Shown in pieces: positions 56,632 to 64,000 of a DNA stretch of 64,000 nucleotides (position 1 is the stretch's first letter; each line of letters begins with the position of its first letter). A model generated the notes under the pieces. The model did not search any database. It had not been told where the DNA came from and was given only the letters and a program-made list of their open reading frames with translations. Origin of the DNA: Lingula anatina (lineage: Eukaryota; Animalia; Brachiopoda); the NCBI GenBank assembly GCA_051362555.1, contig CM120643.1, positions 13,986,644 to 14,050,643 of the forward strand. Reading direction: 5' to 3'. The translations under genes and the position numbers were made by a program.

Positions 56632-58096
56632 GCGTCTCAATGTTCGTAAGGCGTCTGGGCCAGGTGGAATTTCACCTCGTGTTCTCAAACTCTGTGCTTA
56701 CCAACTTGCGTACATCTTTACTGTCATCTACAATTGGTCTCTACAAATCCGCAGAGTACCATTGCTCTGGAAGACGGCGTCTATCATCCCGGTACCAAAA
56801 TCCAACCGAGTTACCAGCTTAAACGATCTTAGACCCATGGCTCTGACTCCGGTGCCCATGAAAATTTTAGAAAAATTAGTTTTAAATTTTATTAAAGAAA
56901 TTGTGCCGAAAACCTTGGACCCACTACAATTTGCTTATCGATCTAACAGAAATGTTGAAGATGCAATTAATCTGTGCCTACACACTGTACTACAACACTT
57001 AGATAACAAATACTCTTATGCAAGGATTTTATTTATTGACTACAGTTCAGCTTTTAACACAATTGTGCCAAAAAAACTATATTTGAAACTTTTACACCAG
57101 CTTAAGCTGCCTGTTTTTATTTGTGACTGGATTTTAGACTTTCTTTTAGATAGAAGACAATCTGTTAAAGTCGGCTCTTATAGCTCAAAAATAACAGTCT
57201 TAAATACCGGTGCACCACAGGGATGCGTCCTTTCACCTTGTCTTTACTCCCTTTTTACCTATGATTGCACTAGTGTAAGCGACGGGACTTTTCTCATGAA
57301 ATTTGCGGATGATACTACGCTTGTGGGGCTAGTTACTGATAATGACGAGAGTACATATAGAGAATCTGTTGAGTCGGTGTTAAGCTGGTGCGAGAGTAAT
57401 GATCTCATCTTGAACATAGCTAAAACCAAAGAAATGATAGTGGATTTTAGAAGGAATCAGAATGTAAAGGTACCACTCACCATTGGTAATGTTGAAGTTA
57501 GTAGGGTAGAGGAATTTAAACTACTTGGTATACACCTTAACAGTAAATTGAATTGGAAAGATAACACCGCAAAGAGTGTAAAGAAGGCACGGCAAAGACT
57601 ATTTTTTTTAAAGATCATTGAGAACTTTTACTGATAGCGTGCCTATTTTAGTCAATTTTTACAGGTGTGTAATTGAAAGCATTCTAGCGTACGGAATTAT
57701 AATATGGTATAGCGGAACAGCTGGGGAGGAAAGGAAGAAATTAGCAAACGTTGTAAAAACTGCAAGCAGGATTAGCGGGCAGGATCTCCCCAAGCTGGAA
57801 GATATTTTTAAAGACAGGATGGAGAAAAGAATTGTCAACACCATGAAAGACTCTTTCCATCCTGCATCATCTCTTTTTACGTTTTTACCAAGCAACAGTA
57901 GACTTTTAACTTTTAAAGGCAATAAACGCTTTTTAAACAGCTTTTATCCAAGTGCAGTGACGCATTTTAATTTGATCTCAAAACTAAATTCTTAATTTAT
58001 TTATTTATTGTATAATTTTATTATTTTACTCTGTATACTGCTCCAAAAGGAAAATGATTTCCGATTTTTATAATTGGCTAAATAAACTCTTATCTT
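56632..58096 (+). mobile_element. 5'-truncated Rex1/Babar-like LINE (reverse transcriptase, one frameshift near 57610)
   Basis: Motifs WKTASIIPVPK, LNDLRPMALT, LDPLQFAYR, FIDYSSAFNTI, GAPQGCVLSP and KFADDT. The ORF continues in another frame to 57995, followed by AATAAA and a (TCTTA)n tail. Confidence 0.88.
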
Positions 58097-58267
58097 ATTA
58101 ACCTCTTACAACTGTAAAAGTGGGAAATTTTGAACAATATTCCTTTCAAATGTATGTAAGATATTAGATTGCATTAGTTTCAAATTATAATTTAAAACTT
58201 CCATGTGTGGTCGATTAAAAACTAAAACACAATCTTAATCCTTATTTTCATTCATCCATCAGCAAAA

Positions 58268-58440
58268 TAGGAAAAAACTGATGATAAATGATTTGGAAAA
58301 TTTATTCCATATTAAATTGTAAAGTCTAGGAAAAAACTGATAAAAAAATGATTTGGAAAATTTATTCCATATTAAAAGTCAAGTCTAGGAAAAAACTGAT
58401 GAAAAATGATTTGGAAAATTTATTCCATATTAAATGTCAG
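58268..58440. repeat. Tandem repeat, ~59-bp unit x3
   Basis: TAGGAAAAAACTGAT...ATGATTTGGAAAATTTATTCCATATTAAA occurs three times head to tail. Confidence 0.9.
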
Positions 58441-60476
58441 TATATAAATTAAAGAGCTTGGTGAGAGAAAAATTTCATCAGCTGTGTTATGTTAAAAGAG
58501 TGAAGTAATTTTTCTTCAGTCAACAGCTTAATATTGAAATGTTGGAGGTAAAAATTATTTTGCTGTTGGCTGAAGAAAAATCACTTCATTCGTAAAGAGC
58601 TTGGTTGTATGTAAGCGTTGGGCTATTAAAAGTTCTAATATCAATTTTATTACTTTTAAGTTTGAGCTTTTCATCAAACAGGTGAAATTGATCGAATTTC
58701 ATATTTAAAATATGTAAAAATCTACTAATGATATCAGTTTCTTATCATCCTAATTATTTTAAGGCATATGGGTTTCATCCAGATTCGCTCTTAGAAAAAA
58801 AAATCTCATTTCTTATTTAAAATGAGAGTCACAAATGGAAAACTTTCAGCTCTGGAGGCATTTTGTTCACTGAATATTATATAACAAAGTATAAAATGCA
58901 GCATGCTTACAGTAAAAGAAGCATAAAATGACTTAAGTTACTTGTGGTACAAAAATTATGTCAAAGAAAGACATACACATAAAAACACTACAAATGTTTC
59001 AGTCGTCAATAGAAAACCCAGGTACCTATTGCACTTATTGCTTGGGCAATAATAACCTTATTTTTTGGACATGGCCCTGCATCTAAATAATAAGAGAGAA
59101 TGTTCAAACCACTGGGCATGTGGGCGTTTGTGTGTGTGTACAAATGAGAGAGAGAGAGAAAAAGATTGTCGACTGACGTGCGCCAACATATACACTGTAT
59201 GTGAACAAAAACCCATGCTTCTTTGTTGAAACTTTATCTGTCCCCCATGTTCTTGATATCCGTGACCCTGACCTATGTTTAAAAACATATCTGTTTACTT
59301 TTGTTTAGTTTTATGTGAGGGCAAACAGTTAAATTAAAAATGAAAAAAGTAACCAGCATCGATAGAGGAATATGAAAAGTTATAAATACATGTACTAATT
59401 AAATTATGTCTCTTGACAAAAGAAAATTAAGCAGGACCAAAGCATCACCGGTTGCTTCTAAATTGCCCAAACGTACATTGTGAAGCATCATCATTGCATA
59501 TCAAAGGTGAAAAACATCTCTTTAGACCTTTCACCCTTTTATTAGTAGCGGCAGTAGTAGTAGTAATAGCAGTAGTAGTACTCTATCATTTTATAAATAT
59601 TATTTTTGTTATTATTATTTTTTTATGTAGTCCAGGGCTGGCTCATGTCACAGTCCTCTATAATTATTTTTATTTCAGCTAAATAAAGTATTTTTGTAAA
59701 AAGTGCGAAACAGAATATACTCCCTGGCAACTGTTGGGGTGGGGGTGGAGTCATAAGTTATTTTTTATTCATTGTTTTAAACAGTTAAAAATTTACTATT
59801 GTTGACGCGTGGTGAATAATGTGTATCTCGATCATTTAGCCGAAGTAACTTCGTTTATACATATGCACCACGTCTTGGTACATTAAGGCCCAGTTTATGT
59901 TGAGCTTTTCAAAACGGCTACCTCCCTATACATTGTACGTCCCTGCACCGTTACGTACGTACTCCCTGCCCCCGATAAACACTTTCGGTAGATTGAGAAA
60001 TTCTTCACAAATTGTTAGCTAGTTTTGATTAATCAAATAGAAAAAAATCAGATGTTCCAGTTGTTAATCACATAAAATATATGCATGTAAGACTAAAAAG
60101 AAAAGGCGCTACTGCATGACTACTGTATACCTTTTGCAAATGATCATCCTTACGTTCGTATGTCATCATAATTTTATTAAAAAATGGTTCATATTTATAT
60201 TTTTTTTATTTAAACCAAGCTCATATATGTTTGCTAGACATTCATGTGTATATTCATGGCCTCATATTCCAATAGAGTCACTTCCCTTATTTGGAAACAG
60301 GCCCCACTTTCCTCAAGAGTCCAAACAGGGCAGAGATATGTGGCTGGAATAAAAAGAACAAGACTTAATCATCCTAGTGCCTCAACAGATATTAAAGCAC
60401 TCTGAATTGGATTTATGTACTGCAAGGTGTGATATAGGACACAGAAAGATTGTCAGGTTGAAACATAAGCCACTAT

Positions 60477-60716
60477 GACCCATTTCCATTACTAAATTGG
60501 TCTAGCTGGATTGACCCATCTCCAAGGGGTTTCTCAATAAATTGCTTTCAGCTTATTGGCTTATGTCTGGCACGCCTTCTAAAGCTGCTAAATGATAGTT
60601 ATCAGCTTCAGTAGGCGTGTCAGACATCAGAGTTGCATAAGCTGAAAGCAATTTAACGAGAAACCCCTTGGAGATGGGTTGATTCTGCTAGATCGATCTA
60701 GGTATGGGAACATGAT
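60477..60716. mobile_element. Fold-back MITE related to 1568-1836
   Basis: Perfect 22-bp inverted pair ACCCATCTCCAAGGGGTTTCTC (60514-60535 / 60658-60679), plus TCTGGCACGCC / GGCGTGTCAGA arms shared with the family. Confidence 0.75.
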
Positions 60717-60956
60717 TGATGAGGCCTGCGGTGGATGCTAGGATGAAAACTAAGGCAAAGGTTTTCCAGATACACCATTTATTTCCATTTTAGCTCTGGT
60801 GGAATTAGGATGAAACATTAATAAATTGAAAAAATTCATTTACTAGTACAGCATATCTCTAATTTTTTCCACAATATGATTCTAAACAAAAAGATCATCT
60901 GCTTTTTAGAAAAATGTTCATATTTCAAAACCTGGTATGTAAATTAAAATACTTAA

Positions 60957-61367
60957 AGTTACACATGAATCATGCATTGGTTTTCTCTTATGCGTCATAA
61001 AGCACTTCAGTTAGTTTCTTATTCGGCTGAAATTAAGTCAATATGCTAAGGCATAGACCAAAACCATGTACTAGTACTCTTTCAGCTGTATCAAGTATAA
61101 ACTGCACTTTTTTCAAATTTCTGGTTGTAAATTGACAAAATTATTGTTACCTCAAGTTAATAAAAGTTTGCAAAAGTGATGTAGTAATGTGTGGTGCATT
61201 ACTGCTGCGCTTGCATGTATTCAAATGAGTTGCCAAAAACAACTGAGGTTGATACATAGAAAATATCCGGTACCTGTAAAGATATAATTTTTTTGGGGAA
61301 ATATAAAGAATTTTTATATGTTTTGCTGCTGAAAATATATGGGGGCATTTGGACTTCAAATGCATCT
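60957..61367. mobile_element. Degenerate TTAA-targeting (Kolobok-like) insertion upstream of ZNF10
   Basis: The ZNF9 paralog reads aaaatac-TTAA-tttgcaatg (near 53191); here it reads TTAA|AG...CT|TTAA with weak TIRs. Confidence 0.7.
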
Positions 61368-61435
61368 TTAATTTGCAATGTCAAAAATGTTAATTTTGTA
61401 ATATGTTCCAGGTGTTTTTGGTTTCAACAGTAATT

Positions 61436-64000
61436 ATGTCTGAGCCAGAGAAGAACAAAATTGAAGAAAGAGCATCTGGTGAGAAGGATATCCAAAGTCC
61501 ATCAAAGACTTTGTCAGAGAAAAGGTTTGAAAATATATCTTTTCCTGGTCAAAATGTTAATACAGAAGAAGAAGAACCGACTTTAAACAAAGATGATACG
61601 GAGTCTGAAGCTGCTTCATATAGCGATAGGGAAATGCCAGAAAAGGCACACAATAAAAGTGTGGATGATAAAAACAATGATGGCAATATAAAAGAGCCTG
61701 TACCAAGTGAACTCAGTCATTTTGGTGATACACTGTGTAATAATACCAAGATAACTGATAATTTGAGGAGCAAACATAGGAAACAAAGGATCAGGTGTTT
61801 GGTCTGTGGCCCACACAAAGACACTTCCAAGGCTGAATATATAAAGCTGTCAACTTGTCCAGATATTGAGAGAGAAATCCATGAGCTTTTAAAAATACTT
61901 TCTCCTCCCGCAGAATCTGATGTTTGTTGTGGCAGATGTTTGGATTTAATGAAAACCTTTGTTAACTTAAAGAATGATTTTCAGCAAATGAAACGGAAAA
62001 TAACAGCTCTACACATTGATGGGCAGTTAGAAATGCAAAACAGTCAAATGTGTGAGGAATCGGACACTGATGATCATGACATGAGTTATGATGATGATGA
62101 TCAAGCACATGAGCCAAGCAGCCAAGAACAAGACAGTGAAATGGTCATTAAGCATGAAATAATTGATATTGGGTTTGATGAGGAAAATAATCCTACTGAA
62201 GAAAAGGGCAGCCTTGAAAATGATAACTCAAACAATGCAAACATAGAGAATGCACATTCAAAAAGAAAAATATACAATTGTTGCCATTGTAATAGAACAT
62301 TCAGTCAGGCAAGTGCTCATGCCTTACATGAAAGATCTCACACTGGGGAAACAATTTACAAATGTGAATATTGTGAAGAGTCTTTTACTAGAGCTGGACA
62401 CCTGAGAGAGCATGGAAAAGTTCATGAGTTGAAATGTTCTTATTGTAATAAATCTTGTTGGGGGCCTAGAGCTTTAGGCAGGCATGAAGAAACCCACACT
62501 GCAAAACTGAACCGGAAACCGAAGAAAACTGAAAAATTTAAGTGTTCATACTGTGATAAAATTCTTACTAAAAAGCATGCACTTGTAATGCATGAAACGA
62601 TACACACTGATGACAGACTTAAATGTAAACATTGTGAAAAATCTTTTATGAGGAAGGAAGATTTAATGGAGCATGAAAAAATTCATGAATTGAAATGTTC
62701 TTACTGTGGTAAATCTTGTTGGGGAACAAGAGCACTTGTCAAACACGAGAGACTACACAAAGGCCAAAATTCTGAAAGCAAAACAAAAACATACAAGTGC
62801 TCACATTGTGACAAGACATCTAGCTGGAAAGGTGCAATGGTCATGCATGAAATGATCCACACTGGTGATCGACTCAAATGTCAACAATGTGAAAAAAATT
62901 TTACAAAAAAAGATGATCTATGGGAGCATGAAAAAATTCATGAACTGAAATGTTCTTACTGTAGTAAATCTTGTTGGGGATCCAGAGCTCTTATCAAACA
63001 TGAGAGTATTCACAGTGGTGAAATGCCACAAAAGAATTTGAATGCATACAAATGTTCATATTGTGATGAAAGTTTCAATTGGAGAAATCAACTCGATGCG
63101 CATGAAACTATTCATTTTATTGAAGGAATCAAATGTAAACATTGTGGACAATCTTTAACTGGGAAAGATGAGATTGTTGAACACGATACATCACATGAAT
63201 TTAAATGTTCTCATTGTGGAAAATCTTGTTGGGGAATGGAAGCTCTAAAGAAGCATGAGAAGTATCATACTATGGAAAAACGATTCAAATGCGACATCTG
63301 TGATAAGTCATTTCGAGTTCAAAGAGCATTGCAAAACCATCAAAATACTCACACTGGTGAAAAACCTTACTTGTGCAAGTACTGTACCAAAGGCTTTGCT
63401 AATGGTTCAACTTTGATATCACATGTGATGACCCAACACACTGGAGATAGACGACACAAATGCCAGTACTGTGATCGCCGATTTGGAGCCAGGTTGTCTC
63501 TTGAAGAACATGAACGCTTGCACACAGGGGAGAAACCATTTAAGTGCGATCACTGTAACAAAAGATTTGTTAGAAAATCATGTTGGAGAGATCATTTGAA
63601 GATTCATCTTGGAGTTAAATCTCATATTTGTTCCTACTGTGGAATGGGATTTCTTGACAAAACTCACCTTATTAGACATGAAAGAACCCACACTGGTGAA
63701 AAACCATATAAGTGCAAACACTGTGATAAAGCATTCAATAGAAAAAGTAACTGTACCACACATGAAAAAAGTCACACCGGTGAGAAACAATTTAAACAGC
63801 GGTCATCTGAAAATAAAGTGGAAAGTCTATCTGAAAAAAGTCTGCATGCTAAAGGGGATGTTAACAGTGAGAACTCTGAAGGCCTGGCAATGAGTCAGCA
63901 GTTGGACAGTTCATTCATCAGTCAGCAGTTTGATAGCACACATAGACCCCAGCACAGTGAGAGTACATTCAGACCTCAGCACATGGAAGCCTCATTTAGG
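61436..64000 (+). CDS. ZNF10: ZAD-like C2H2 zinc-finger protein (>855 aa, 18 fingers), runs off the window
   Basis: Acceptor ttccag at 61411, ATG 61436 (MSEPEKNK), closest to ZNF9. The frame is consistent to ...QHMEASFR at 64000. Missing from the ORF track because no stop is reached. Confidence 0.9.
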   Translation, partial: MSEPEKNKIEERASGEKDIQSPSKTLSEKRFENISFPGQNVNTEEEEPTLNKDDTESEAASYSDREMPEKAHNKSVDDKNNDGNIKEPVPSELSHFGDTLCNNTKITDNLRSKHRKQRIRCLVCGPHKDTSKAEYIKLSTCPDIEREIHELLKILSPPAESDVCCGRCLDLMKTFVNLKNDFQQMKRKITALHIDGQLEMQNSQMCEESDTDDHDMSYDDDDQAHEPSSQEQDSEMVIKHEIIDIGFDEENNPTEEKGSLENDNSNNANIENAHSKRKIYNCCHCNRTFSQASAHALHERSHTGETIYKCEYCEESFTRAGHLREHGKVHELKCSYCNKSCWGPRALGRHEETHTAKLNRKPKKTEKFKCSYCDKILTKKHALVMHETIHTDDRLKCKHCEKSFMRKEDLMEHEKIHELKCSYCGKSCWGTRALVKHERLHKGQNSESKTKTYKCSHCDKTSSWKGAMVMHEMIHTGDRLKCQQCEKNFTKKDDLWEHEKIHELKCSYCSKSCWGSRALIKHESIHSGEMPQKNLNAYKCSYCDESFNWRNQLDAHETIHFIEGIKCKHCGQSLTGKDEIVEHDTSHEFKCSHCGKSCWGMEALKKHEKYHTMEKRFKCDICDKSFRVQRALQNHQNTHTGEKPYLCKYCTKGFANGSTLISHVMTQHTGDRRHKCQYCDRRFGARLSLEEHERLHTGEKPFKCDHCNKRFVRKSCWRDHLKIHLGVKSHICSYCGMGFLDKTHLIRHERTHTGEKPYKCKHCDKAFNRKSNCTTHEKSHTGEKQFKQRSSENKVESLSEKSLHAKGDVNSENSEGLAMSQQLDSSFISQQFDSTHRPQHSESTFRPQHMEASFR

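Noticed and set aside
58268-58440. CRISPR-like array (also considered for the 27-nt tail repeats)
   Set aside because: Head-to-tail repeats without unique spacers, eukaryotic context, no cas genes.

Overview
AT-rich animal genomic DNA with spliceosomal introns; the transposon spectrum suggests an aquatic invertebrate, but the taxon cannot be fixed from sequence. The first ~2 kb hold the 3' exons of a calcium-binding-EGF-repeat gene. The rest is a head-to-tail (+ strand) cluster of at least ten paralogous C2H2 zinc-finger genes (here ZNF1-ZNF10; the last runs off the window), each with an uninterrupted CDS. They share one architecture: an acidic N-terminus; a ZAD-like C-x2-C-x40-C-x2-C + helix domain; an invariant (I/V)KHE SUMO-consensus motif; a variable finger array, in ZNF2-10 built largely from an unusual 3-finger cassette; a conserved 6-finger core whose first finger is hypervariable; and a 9-aa-repeat C-terminal tail ending (Y/F/H)MPG(M/V/L)*, which I do not recognise. 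The cluster shows recent duplication, mosaicism, cassette gain and loss, and two independent losses of the terminal motif. It is interleaved with a near-intact ISL2EU DNA transposon (THAP-DDE transposase plus SWIM-YqaJ-PHD gene), a 5'-truncated Rex1/Babar-like LINE, RTE and other LINE fragments, and Helentron-, Kolobok-, Harbinger- and hAT5-type non-autonomous elements. All calls were made by eye; no database searches were run.
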